A DNA stretch of 64,000 nucleotides from Podarcis bocagei (Eukaryota). The notes beneath the pieces were generated by a model. That model ran no database searches, was not told the DNA's origin, and was given only the letters and a program-made list of their open reading frames with translations. Every line of letters begins with the position of its first letter. Position 1 is the first letter of the stretch. The translations under genes and the position numbers were made by a program. Below are positions 14,022-26,531 of the stretch, piece after piece. The stretch lies in the NCBI GenBank assembly GCA_964188305.1, contig OZ076887.1. One strand, 5' to 3'.

Positions 14022-14794
14022 CTGCATGAGGAGGAGAAATAAACCCATTGCAATTAGAGTGAGCAGGGATAACGAAGGCTGATTCTGTCCTGGCATCATC
14101 AAGAGCTTCATGGTGCTCCATTATGGGCAGCCAGAAGTCTACTCAAGCGAGTGCTGCTCTTTCATTACAAACCAGAGGATAAAGCTAACCGTGGCTACTA
14201 GTCATGGCAGCTTCTATCTCTGAACACTAGTGGTTGGGTTTCACTGGTAAGGAGGCTGCTGCTACACTCACATCCTGATTGTGGGCTCCCCAGCCTGATT
14301 GGCCATCGTGAAAACATGATGCTGGACTGGATGGGCCTTTTGTTACTTTCAGCAGGGATGTTCTGGATGCTACCCAATGGGCACATCAAGTATGACCTGT
14401 TTCAATCCTACATGGGTACACCAGAGCCCCTCTGTTATGCGCAGCTGGTGGATACAAGTCAGAGCAATCTACTGTTTTCAATGCCAATTATTTCCCTTTT
14501 AAAGTGCTTTGCATCACAAGTGGAACTTTTCACTCTAGCTCCTTCTGCTCTGGTATCATGAAACTCACAAGTTAGACATGATATCAATATGCAGTTCCAA
14601 TTTTACATCCCAGCTTCAGTGAACCAGAATTTCATCAGGACCAAGGCCTTGATTCAAAGCAGGATCTGCCACATTTCAGCCTCCCAAAGAAGCAGATCCC
14701 ACGCAATGTGTGTACATGCAGTAGTCTACTTTTTACTCTTTGTATTAGGTACTAGCATCCCAGAGACATTTATTCCAAGCTCTCCAGTGCTCAC

Positions 14795-14918
14795 CTGCAA
14801 AATGTGCCCTGACTCTTGTAGCTGCTGTTGAAATGAGGCTGCTGTCTTCTCCAGAATGGAAACCTTTCCCAGACAGATATCCTGGCAATCTAAGTTTACT
14901 CCCTTGTATTGGAGTCCC
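14795..14918 (-). CDS. DST: DST penultimate exon ([25 protein letters not shown]...RAHFA), 124 nt
   Basis: cag/gtgagc, phase 0/1. Confidence 0.94.
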
Positions 14919-16239
14919 CTGTAGGACACAAGGAGAACTGAATGAAACAAACCCATTATGTTCTGCAACAAACAAGAGCTGATTTTAGGACTCCATCCAT
15001 ATCACCTTCTTCGGAACATGCATGGCAAAGAAAAAGCTATTCCAAAAAGTGATGACATAGGAATATTTAGTTAATGAGTTGGAAAGGGAACCAAATGGTA
15101 ATAATATCTAGTATGTAAAGCACTTTACCTGTCACTGTATCTCTTCCTTCCCTCCCTCAATGTTTCCCAGTTACCAATTTTTAGTTTATAAGCTTCTTGA
15201 GAGCAAGAACCTGGTTTTGCTTACATAACTTGGTAAGGTGCTTTGTACACTGATGACATTGTATAAATGAACATACAAACAAACAAACAAACAAACAAAC
15301 AAAAAGAATGGCTTTTTATATTTACATGTCAAGATGTAATATCCCTGCCAACTTAGGATCACACTTCATGTATCTGATGAAGTCAACTCGAATCTACAAA
15401 ATCATGAGTTTACTCTATGACAAGATATTTTGCTGTTTTTTCTGCAACAATGTGTAACATGCCTATGCTTCTGAAAAATGCATCAGTGTGTGACTAGTCT
15501 GAAGGATCACTGTGTAGTCATCAAGGCAATATGGAATTAATTCTGACCAGGGAGGACAATTAAATTAAATAAAATAAATGTATTTTATGGGAAGGATAGC
15601 TAAGTAGGTGTTTCGCTACCTAGTAAGCAAAGCCATACAAAAATCTCAGAAGTTAGTTGTAGAAAAAGCTGGAGGGAAAGTAGCAGAAGTGGTAGCCGCC
15701 ACAATCAAGAGCAGTAATAACACATTCTTCTCAGCGCTAACCATTGATGTACTGCATACTCTAATATAATTTGTATTATGTGAGAAGACAGCAGTATTAT
15801 GTCAGCAGGAGACAGTCTACTGATTTAATCTTTGGCTCCTTAATCAATAGTAGACTCTTTCAATCTTTTATGTATTTCAGTTCTCAATATTCCCTTGTTC
15901 TAAACAAGCAAGGCTATCAACCATTTCCCTATGAGAACTGAGAAATTGTAGCTTGGGTTGTTTCCCTAGGGTTGGCACTTAAAGATACTTCAGATCCTAA
16001 ATATTTTGGTGGCTGCCACCTACCCAGTGTTCCACAATCACCAGATAATTAATTTTAATGCACGTTTGTGCCATGAGGGTACGAAGTAAGGCATTTTTGG
16101 TGGCTCCTTGAGATATATGGAACTTCTTTCTTTTGGAGGACCGAGCCAGATGTACTGTAAGATATTTTTATTTTCACTTGTTTTTAATGGTCAGGGTAAA
16201 GCAGATATGGGATAGTTGCAATGCAATCTAACAATTTTA

Positions 16240-16593
16240 CAGTGGTGCCCCGCAAGACGAATGCCTTGCAAGACGAAAAACTCACTAGACGAAAGGGTTT
16301 TGCAGTTTTTGAGCTGCTTCACAAGACGAATTTCCCTATGGGCTTGCTTCGCAAGATGAAAATGTCTTGCGTTTTTTGCAAGTTTGTTTCCTTTTTCTTA
16401 ACACCGTTAATACAGTTGCGACTTGACTTCGAGGAGCAACTCATAGAACGCAGTGTGGTAGCCTTTTTTGAGGTTTTTGGCGATTTTTGAAGCTTTTCCA
16501 AAACTTTTCCGACACCGTGCTTCGCAAGACAAAAAATCCGCTGGACGAAAAAACTCACGGAACGAATTAATTTCGTTTTGCGAGGCACCACTG
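16240..16593. mobile_element. Tigger-like MITE with GCAAGACGAA sub-terminal repeats
   Basis: CAGTGGTGCC TIRs, TA TSD. Confidence 0.87.
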
Positions 16594-17234
16594 TATCTAG
16601 GTTTCCTAAGCATAGTATTTGTAATTTCTATTTTAATGCCATTTCTTGCTCTGAGCTGTTGGGATGGGATGGGCTAGAAACTAAACTCAGACCATAGTTC
16701 AGACGGAATAGAAAGTGTTTTAGTTTATTGATTTTGGTGTGCTTAGCTCTGAGAGGCCTAAGTAATAAATGGGGTCAAACAGAGCCAGAACACCAATGAC
16801 ATACTATTAGGTAAAATAATATTGGACTGACTTAATGTTAGTGCAGGAATCTGAAACTTCTTGCATTTCACATAACTTTTCATTAGGCAGAATGGTACTG
16901 CACCAGGATCTCATATTTATCTAACTGCTTATCTCGAGCAAACTAGATGATTTCAGTGATAAATATCTTAGACTCCACATGTACAGAGCTGATTCCTAGT
17001 TTGACCATAGTTATATAGAATTTAAAACATGCTCATCAAGACCCGAACAAACTCAAATGACTGATCAATTTAAAAAGAGAGAAATTAAAATTGCTGGATA
17101 GAAGATTGAAAACAAACAGAGTGCATTAATATGTAAGGAAGGTACAGCACAGCTGGGCAAGGAACTGTAGTGAATGTTAGCTAACAGGATAGTTTTAGTG
17201 AATGTTAGACTAGAATATCCATCCATTACTATAC

Positions 17235-17345
17235 CTCTGTGGATGACACTTGATATTCAGAGCACTCTGGAGGTTTACAAGGAGATGATGTTTTGCTGTT
17301 TATCAACCATGGTTTACCATAGTTGCGTGTTAAATGATGGGGTGT
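17235..17345 (-). CDS. DST: DST 111-nt cassette exon (TPHHLTRNYGKPWLINSKTSSPCKPPECSEYQVSSTE)
   Basis: cag/gtatag, phase 0/0; LTRNYGKPWL matches a recalled alternative DST segment. Confidence 0.85.
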
Positions 17346-17797
17346 CTGTATGGAACAATGGCAAATCACAAGGGTGAAGAACAGGCGATGGAAAACAATG
17401 TCATGGAGAGGAATATTCAGATTATGAATACTGAATCTCACAGTAAAAGTCAAAAACAAAATGACACCAAAACAAAGCAGGAACAGTTGACAAGCATTCT
17501 ATACAAAAGAGAATGTATGTGTGCTTTTTAAAATGCAATGGTGGGTTAATGGTTTTTTCACACACACACACACACCCCCCCACTTTTCTAAATAGCTTAC
17601 ATGTTTTTTCCCAGGCTTGCACGACCGCTGCAATTGTAAGGGAGGAAACGATAAAAAACTTTCGTTAGCTTTCTTTGAAAAATAAAATAACCAATATCTC
17701 CCCTATTTGTTTTAGGGTAGCATTATTGCGAACTGTAGCAAGCCTGGCCTGATTTTATTAACTGCATTAAATTTCAGCTGCACCACTCCAGTCATAC

Positions 17798-17997
17798 CTT
17801 GGGTGTGCTGGCCGCAAGAGCTGATGTTGGAGCTCCTTGAGCAGGTGGATTTGACACAGACATGGATCTGTTGGGTGAAGCACCCCTTGAAGAAGGTCGT
17901 GATCTGCGTCCCCTTTGTCGGAAGGCAGCCATGCTTTGGCTAGCTCCATCTGCCAAAATGAATTTCTCACGTAGCTCCATGTTCGTCCTCCCTTTAG
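17798..17997 (-). CDS. DST: DST exon ([18 protein letters not shown]...ASTPK), 200 nt
   Basis: tag/gtatga, phase 1/0. Confidence 0.94.
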
Positions 17998-18156
17998 CTA
18001 GAGGATGCGAAAGAGAGAAATCGAAAAGTCTGATTATTTCCCCAGCTGCCTGTCCATATCGCTGGCTTTGCTAGAGCTAAACAAACAGGCCAAACAATTC
18101 AAACACATTAGTGAGTAATGCATTTGTTTGAGACAAAAAAGTTCATTTGCAGAATA

Positions 18157-18227
18157 TGCGCATCTAACATTTTATGCTAGCAAAAGATGAACTGCGCATC
18201 TAACATTTTATGCTAGCAGAGATGAAC
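18157..18227. repeat. ~36-bp tandem duplication
   Basis: TGCGCATCTAACATTTTATGCTAGCA..AGATGAAC x2. Confidence 0.9.
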
Positions 18228-18790
18228 TGCTGTCAACATAAATCAGCATGATAATGGAATGGCTCAACATGCTATTTGGTTACCAATGCACAGACTCAAC
18301 CTGAAGAGCCATTTGACTAATGCTACCACTGTTTGGATGATTCAGAAACAGATGCTGGCTATGATGAGTAAACATGGAGAGAAAAGCATAAAACCATATT
18401 AGTTCTAAGCTATATAGTAATGCAGTTGGGCAACATGCAATGACAAACAAACTCCCAAACTGTAAAGAAGTGATGGGATGCTGGGCACAGACAAACGCAG
18501 GTATAGAGGCAAAGGTGAGAACTTCCCACAAGGTTCAGATGCGTAAACAGGTTAGCATTTGGTTTTCTCTGTCTTAATGGCAATTGCTTTTGAAACACTC
18601 TTTTCGAGCGTGTCAAAGGAAATTTAGAAGCAAGCTCTCAAGCACCAGCCAGTGCAATAAGTGTTAAGGCTAAAAAATGTGAAACGTGAAGCATTGTGTT
18701 AAATATATATTTGTATATATCAAAGCAGAGTGGGTAGGAAATGGAAAAGAACATTAAGAACAGGAGAGACAAAGAGAGGGGTTTGCCAAC

Positions 18791-18859
18791 CTATAGTAGG
18801 CTGAGTGGTAATTGAAGAGTTTGATTCCGAACGTAACATTTTACTCCCATGATGATGAA
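18791..18859 (-). CDS. DST: DST 69-nt cassette exon (VHHHGSKMLRSESNSSITTQPTI)
   Basis: tag/gttggc, phase 1/1; near-identical to a recalled alternative segment of mammalian DST. Confidence 0.85.
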   Translation of the reverse strand, partial: FIIMGVKCYVRNQTLQLPLSLL

Positions 18860-21338
18860 CTAGAAAAAATGACACAGGATATGGGTCATATTAAAAGAAA
18901 ATTGTTAGCAGGAGAAGAAATCAATTACAGCAGTTGCATATGCAAGAAGATTCAAAGCTGCAGGCCAAGGACAGATCTTAAGTGATTAAAAGTTCTCGCT
19001 AAGTGTTCCTAAGCAAGGTCATGGAGTTTTCTTCAGCAAAAGAAACCACTCTTGGTGTAAGCTCAGCTGCAGACAGTCCCAATGTCATCATGTAGGTAAA
19101 AAAAGAAAGCAAGTGGTTTCTTTGCCATCTTCAAAAAGGGATGTTCTATCTTCATACTTCTTAAGGTTGCATGAAATGAGGACACAACATACCACACAGT
19201 GCTTTAATAGAATGAAACCTAGTCACCATTAAGACACCCAACAGGTTTGCATATGATTTACAGTTTCCACATAAGAGCTAGTGTTTCCATGGCAGATTTG
19301 ATGAAGAATGTAATCTTACGTTCCATCCTTTTGAGACAGGTTTATCTCTGAAATTATGTTGCCCTTTGAAAGGGATTTTGTGGGTAAAGCACCCCACAAA
19401 TGGAAAACAAACAAAAAAAATTCAGATTCATATTCAGTAATACTGAAAATCACAAATGAACTTTCCTTGCTGAAAATCTGTTTCAGAAAAAAATATTGAC
19501 TCAATTTACACATAACGCTAAACCATGGTTTATGTTAGTGATGAGCTGTAGTGAGCTCTGGACTTCTCCCCTGCCTTGTCCTCCTTTGGTGTGGCCGTGA
19601 GAAAGGATAAGAAGCTTCTGCTTCCACTTTAAGTAACTACAGTTTTGCATGATGTCCAAACCTAGATGTCCAAATTAACTTTAACTATGGTTTATTGAAA
19701 CAAGTCATCTTCTTAAACTATGGTCTGAAGTTGGCTTGTTTAAATAAGTGGTTAAGATTAACCACATTTTGTCCAGATCCAGATGATAAAAAGCTGTGGT
19801 TAATTTAAAACAGAAGTTAATGCTTCCTTGTAGTTGTGCTGGAGGAGGAAGGGAAAGGCATAAACTACAGTAGCAGCCATCACATTAAATATAATAGTTT
19901 TTGGAAATTCAGAGATCTTCCATATTTGTATACACTGGTGTTGAAGAACCCAATTCCTGTAATGGGAAGCTTGGTGATAATCAGCTGGAGATACCAGCTG
20001 TTGTTGTTTTTTAAAAGCAGCAACAATAAATATGTCAAATCAAGTACTGTTCACCTGACTTAGGTGGAACATGGGTGGACTGTAGGCATCTCACAATGTA
20101 GGAATAAAATAGCACATCTAATGTGTTATTATAGGAGTCAATTATATTCAGTCAGAATGCTACATTCCACTTTCGTCCTGTTAAGATTCTTCAGAGTAGA
20201 GTATGAGATGGGATGATGGAATCAGGTGGATTATCAATGCAGGCTGTGTAACTATCTCATTTATTCCTGTACAGCAGGAATGTAAAATGTGACTCGAGCA
20301 TAACGTAATTAAAACAGAATTGAAGCAAGTTTTCCACCAGAGGCACACTTCGCTCTTTTTCTCAACACTACAGGTAACATCCAGTCATATGATCGTTTAC
20401 TAAACAGCAGGAATTTTAAGTTGTAGTTTCAATTGTATCTGATAAAATGGTGTCTGGATAAGTAAGCATTAGCCTGATTAAGGAAAAAGAAATATATATC
20501 CCTAAGAAGCATGTATACCACCACAATGTTTACTTTTCAGTCTGAACTTGCAGCATTACATATAGAATTCACAGTTTTAACTACAGAGAAAAATAATCTA
20601 GTATATGCCCAATAATGTTTTCTGTAGCTACTTTTCATTTTTGAGAAACAGAACACTACGTTCACCACCCCATCTTAACATTCCTTTGTACATTCACAAC
20701 ATAAAACTGGGTGATGCCCTTTATATTATTCCCTCTGGGATTAGCAAGTAGTCACTATTTTACTTACCATTTCCACTGAACTTCTGGAATTTTGCCCCCC
20801 AAAGTAATTGCTTCACTTCACCTCTTGGTGAGCCTAAAACCCAACCAATCCCATGCCTACTGCATTCTATCACACACAGCAGGCAGACCTAGGACCCAGA
20901 AATGATTTCAACTAAACCCAGGGTACCTTCTTCTGTGAATCAGGTTTTAGGCTTATAAGGCTGTTAAGATGCCACAGTGAAATCTGCTTACAAATCTGGG
21001 CGCAATAGATTAGAATCCTTGGAAGATCTAGGCCACAAACCAGTGAGCCATCAGCTGTTCACCATGAGCCAGGCTACATGTTACACTCACCATAAGAGTG
21101 GTCCCACCACAGTTTCTGCTCTTCCCCCATCCCAACTCTGAGGAAAAATTAGCTAGCAAGAGAGAAAAAGGGAGATAACCAATGGACAGGGAAGGGAAGC
21201 CAGCACTTCCTCCTTTCCTGTATGTGTGGTTTCTGTGTTCCTGACAGCTTCTCATTCTGTTCGTGTGTGAGAGCCAAAGAAATTCCTTGCATGTCAAGCT
21301 CTCACATGGTGAATGCAATGCATAGCCAGAGTATACAG

Positions 21339-21573
21339 CAGAGCTTTCCAAACTTTTCATGTTGGTGACACACTTTTTAAACATGCATCATTTCGGGACA
21401 GTAATTCAGTTTTGCATCATTTCATGACACAGTAATTCAGTTTTACTAGCAAACCAGAGATTAAACTAACCCCTTTCCAGCTCTGGGAGGGGCATGGGGA
21501 GCGTTTGTGTGACACACATAAGCACTGCAGCCAACACATTAACGTGTCGCGACACAGAGTTTGGAAAGCTCTG
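21339..21573. mobile_element. hAT MITE
   Basis: Perfect 16-bp TIR CAGAGCTTTCCAAACT; TSD GTATACAG/GTCTACAG (7/8). Confidence 0.88.
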
Positions 21574-21785
21574 GTCTACAGTATCTTCAGTAGGTAGTCC
21601 TTAAAAATAGCAAGATGTATATAAGTAGGGCATCGTAAGTGAATCAGTGTTTAACTAAACCAGGGATTTATACAGTTTACATTTCATCCTTCTAACCTCT
21701 ACTACCCTAGTTAATCCATGACAGCAGTTGTATATACACTATTAATGGGTTTAATAGTCATATGTAAAGAAGTCTTCCTACATAC

Positions 21786-21903
21786 CTCTGCAAGGATCAT
21801 TTTTCACTAAGAACTCATCAAGTGCCATCCATCCGCCTCCAACTCGAACCATAACAGTGCTCCGCAGAATGCGGACAAGACGGAGTTGCTGGGAGTCACC
21901 AAA
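21786..21903 (-). CDS. DST: DST exon, GAR domain C-part ([39 protein letters not shown]), 118 nt
   Basis: cag/gtatgt; RVGGGW GAR signature. Confidence 0.96.
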
Positions 21904-22649
21904 CTGTGCAGGAAGACAGGAAATCAAGCTCAAGGTTTCCTACAAGTTCTAAACAGCACGGTGCGCTCCAAGCCAAGAGGGTTAAAATTAGCCACGCACA
22001 ATAAGCTCCTAAATCATTAGTAGAAAAATCACCAAAGAGTTTTGCATTATGCATATGGTAAAGGTTGTTTTCAAGTTGAATGCAACTGCATTAACCCAAA
22101 AGGTAGCAATGAGATTGGTGGGGGAGGGGAGGGAGGCAGAGCACAAGGGTATAATGCGGCTAGGTTTGATTGCCCCCCCCCCCTTGATTCTTGAGAGCCA
22201 CATGAATGTTTCTCAGATCTTTTCAAAGGAGAAAAATTAGTCATGTAATACATGAAGCTACTGGAATTGTACTGTCAATACTAAAACCTTCACTGATCTC
22301 TCCTTGAAAAAATGATAAGAATATTCCCACCGAAATATGGATTAGAACTCATTATGAGGACACAGTGCACATATTACAGTGATGACCGCTGAATAAGTCA
22401 GAAAAACAGACTTTTATTGTTATTTCATAATTTCTTTTTTACCCTCTTGCCTTCTGGAAAGCTGCCCCTTAGAATAGCCACTAAGGGCATTTCTAGGCAA
22501 GTGTTGTATCATGTAACAAATAGAATTTTTGTGAGGGTTCCAGTTAGCTTTCTTCAGGGATGCCCTTCTTCCAAGGGTGCTATTTTTTTTAGCATTTTGT
22601 GACCATACTCTCACACATTATGTGTATTTCTATAGCCAGTGTGAGAAGT

Positions 22650-22905
22650 AAGAATAAGCTGGATTAGGGCAATGGCCCGTCTAGGCCGTCCTGTTCTTAC
22701 ATAGCCATCATGGCTAGCAGCCTTAAACAGCCCTCTCCTCCATGAATTTGTCCAATCCTCTTTTAAATCCATCTAGGTTGGTAAACTATCGCTGCATCCT
22801 GTGGGAGTAAGTTCCACAGTTTATGAGCTGCATGAAGAAGTAACTTTCTTTTATCAGCCCTGAATCTTCCAACATTCAGCCTCGTTGAATGGCCAAGGGT
22901 TTGAG
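22650..22905 (-). mobile_element. CR1 LINE 3' fragment
   Basis: CTCCATGAATTTGTCCAATCCTCTTTTAAA CR1 end motif. Confidence 0.7.
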
Positions 22906-23388
22906 TGTCATAAATTAGGTAGCTATTGACCCATTAGTGGCATGTCTCCACTTTTCTAGTAAATGTTTTTACTGTCTATTTTATTCTTTTAAGTTTCATT
23001 TTTCTTACTTCGTTAGATGCTGGCTGGACTCCATTATACTACCCCAACACGCAGCATTTTAAAGTAAACCAATAACTGGCCAGCACAAGCAAGACTATCT
23101 TTTGAACTCAAAGTAATAATGCTGCAATTCTGTGAATACTTTATATTTGTAAAAAAAAAAACAACCCTAAAAAAAAAACAACTTGAAGGCTGCAGACTCC
23201 CCCTCCCCAATGCTAGAGTTCACATCTCCTTCCAGAAGGATAGTCTTCCCAACTTTAATGAGGTGGTAATTTTCAGTTGCAAATACGCAGCTTTACTAGC
23301 ACAAGTATCAGTTTAGAGTTGGGGGGGGGCAAACAAAAAAACCCTCGCATGGTGGGGGCAGGAGCTGGCATCCTCCAAGGGTCTAAGG

Positions 23389-23535
23389 CAGTGGTGGAGA
23401 ACCTTTTAGACACTGAGTGCCCAAACTGCAACCCAAAACCCACTTATTTATCGCAAAGTGGGATAATAATGATTGTCTGCATGCACACATACAAATAAGT
23501 ATAAATAAATAAATAAGCCCAGCTAGATGGACGGG

Positions 23536-23589
<54 letters not shown>

Positions 23590-24882
23590 GCTCTTTTTTG
23601 TTACTGGCAACCCAGCAGCCGCTGGGTTGTGTTGTGTGTTGTGTGTGTTGTGAAGCAGGCCGTTAGGCAGAGCGCTCTCAGGATACTTTCCCTGCATGTG
23701 GGTGTGTGGGTGTGTATAGATGTCTGTCTGTTTCTCTCTCTCTCTCTCTGTGGCCCCTTTGGCGCTTCTCTCCTGAGCATCGGAGAACAAGAGACAAGCA
23801 GAGAGGAAACAGAGAGACAGACAGAGGACTCAGCGTGGGACTCGGGGAAACCCGCAGCTGGCAAGCGACTGACCCATTCACCAGGGAAGCTGGAGTCGCT
23901 ATGTTGGGTTGGGGATTGGGTGGGCAGGAAGGAGAACTGAGGCTCATTGGCTTTGCAGCGTGCAGGCAGCAAGGTCTCCTGTTGTGAGGTGTCTTCAAGG
24001 AGCAGCTCGCCTCCACCCCTTCACTTCTCCTAGCCCCTCTTCATGACATTCACTCCTTCTGCACCTTGCGCACCCTCTCACTGGCTCTCCCTCTTCCCCA
24101 CCCGGTCTGCGCTCTCTAGAACAGGAGAAAGAGCAACCTCCTTCTGAATTCAAAAAAAGGGAGGAGGGAAAAGCAGGGAAATCAGGCTTATGCAAAAGCC
24201 AGGCAGAAGCATCCGGATGTGGCACGTTGCAAAGCTGCCCCCTCTTTTGTGTGTTTTGCTTTGCACAAGGGTGGACCAGCGTAGTGCTCCCCTCCCTGGC
24301 ATGGGAGGGCAGGCTCCTTCTCCACCCCCACCCCGCTCTGCATCTTGGATCTTGAAAACATCAGCACAGCCCGAGCCTGCTGTTTGTCCTCAAGGGTAAG
24401 AGACAGACCCTTCTGTTAATTGATGGCTAGCTGAGCTGTTGCTCCCCGCCAAAATAAAAAATAAAAATCCAACCTGCTTCGGATCCAAACCCACACCATC
24501 ACAACCCACTGTCTCCATGCTTCCTTACCCAGCACCCCGTCTGTCTTAAATTGCAGCGGGGGGGACGGACTGGTTGGCCAGCACACAACTCTCCCCCACG
24601 CTACTGCGGGCAGCGGGCACTCCGGGGAGCGTTTCCTGCCCACATTGGCGGGGGGGAAGTTGCACATCCGCCAACCAGCTGTTTAGCGTCGTGCAACTCC
24701 CCTGATGCTGCTGAGGACGGCGTGCACCTTAGGGAGCGTTTCCCACCCGCATTGGCATAGGGGGAGCGGCTGTCCCTTTGCCAACCCCCAGTAACGGCCC
24801 TGCATGCCATCTTGCGCACGTGCCATCAGAGAGGGTTCTGTGTGCCCACTCTGGCACGTGTACCATAGGTTCGCCACCACTG
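23389..24882. mobile_element. Non-autonomous hAT element, 1494 bp, with GC-rich/microsatellite cargo
   Basis: TIRs CAGTGGTGG(A/C)GAACCT (15/16); perfect 8-bp TSD GTCTAAGG (23381-23388, 24883-24890). Confidence 0.92.
23537..23589. repeat. (TAT)n microsatellite inside hAT cargo
   Basis: Direct reading. Confidence 0.97.
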
Positions 24883-26154
24883 GTCTAAGGAGAACAAGTG
24901 TGCAAAATTGTACTTCTGCTGTACTTTGTCAAAAGCAAAGTTTTAGGAAGTACATAAATGCTGGTCCTTCAATTTAGTGATTTGGAAATGCTGCAAAATC
25001 TCTTAGGTCTCTTATAGCTTGTCCACATGTTCTTATGCAAGTAGTTTGAAAGCATAGCTTCGCTCTTTGAATGTAACATGCATTCCAGACATACTTCCTT
25101 TTAACACATATTTCCTCTCTCCATATTCGTTTTATAACTGGTTTTGGTTTTAAAGCATTAATGTGCCAGTTATGCAGAAAGCACTTGAAAAGGGGTGCTC
25201 AAACAATATTCTTTCCAAATGTTACAGCGCACACACCACACACCAAGTCTGAGGGCCCTTTAATATGAACAAGCAAACAATCACTTACTGAAATGTGAAA
25301 TAAAGAAAGAAAAACAACTGATTCCCCTCCCAAATATCCTGGAGCCTTAGCAAAATTTGTTGGTGATCTAAAGGACTCATTACACTCTGTTGCTTCGTAT
25401 ATTAGTACACATGGTGAAAATCTCTGCACCATTATAGCATAATTTTCAGGCTCATTCAAGTGGCTTAAAGCCTACTTCTCCCAATCCATGAATGTAAACA
25501 CATGTTTGCATTTGGGGCAACATGTTTAGCCTTAATCTGAGATATGTATGAGCCTTCTGGCAGTGCACACAGACTCTTTCCTCTTTAACATACTGCAATA
25601 AGCCAATAGGTCTTCAATTAACCATAATTTCCTGTTATGTCCAAAATGGGAAACTATGGTTAACAATGTTCAGAACAACCCAGGATCTTAAACCATGGTC
25701 TGAAGCTGGTTTAAGATCCTAGCTTGTTCTGAACATTGCAGCCATAGCTTCCCAGTTCGGATGTAGTGGGAAAGTACAGTATGTTTAATTGAAGGCTTAT
25801 TGCAGCATGCAGAGAAGAGAGGAGGGAAGAGCAATGCAAGGACAGAGTGTGTGGGCAACAAGGCTCATGCATACTTTGGTTCAAGATGCTGATATAGAAT
25901 GATCTGAGCCAGGCCGATAGGGAATTAAAATATAGTATAAGGATGGCCACCTGAGTTTCTCCTTCACTCTTTATATGCACATTTCAAATCTCCTTTCCAT
26001 GACATTAGTGTCAAATCACTAATACATAAAGTGTCTCCAATAATTCCAATGGAAGCCTTACACTACCATTGCAAAACGCTATGAATCATAGCTAATGTTG
26101 TCAGACTGTAACTGAGAGACCTGGCTCAGGTGGCAGTAATGTTTCCATCAGCAG

Positions 26155-26319
26155 AATGAGGAGAGAAGCAGGTTTGGGATATTTCCCCCTTCCCCGCTGC
26201 AGACCCCCCCCCCCTCACTAAATCTGCCCTGGAGGGTCTAACCCTGTGTAGCAGATTTAAAGGAGGGTTGGCTGCAGGGGAGAAGGGGGAAATATCCCAA
26301 ACCTGCTTCTCTCCTCATT
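26155..26319. repeat. Inverted repeat with perfect 38-bp outer arms
   Basis: 26155-26192 is the exact reverse complement of 26282-26319. Confidence 0.92.
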
Positions 26320-26531
26320 TACATTTCCCACTGTAACAGGAACGTGTTCTGCTCTTTTCTTTCCCTGCCATTGTGATTCACCCCAAACTGCTGCACAGCA
26401 CACCTGCAGGCCTGACCATTACAACAAGTGGAGGAAGGGAAGGACAACAGGACCAGGGGAGAAAGGGTGGGACAAGCCATGGATGCCTCGCTTCTAACTG
26501 TACTGTGCAATCTGAAAAGTGCACTAGCAGA

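Noticed and set aside
14022-14121. N-terminal extension (MEHHEALDD...) of the last-exon ORF
   Set aside because: Intronic read-through; the phase-correct acceptor is at 14022-14024.
23527-23940. ORF MDGVLLLLLL... resembling a signal-peptide protein
   Set aside because: The poly-Leu run is the (TAT)n microsatellite inside a transposon.
23601-23972. Minus-strand ORF as an alternative DST terminal exon (cag|TTCTCC...)
   Set aside because: Lies in hAT cargo, lacks a polypyrimidine tract, and runs through microsatellites.
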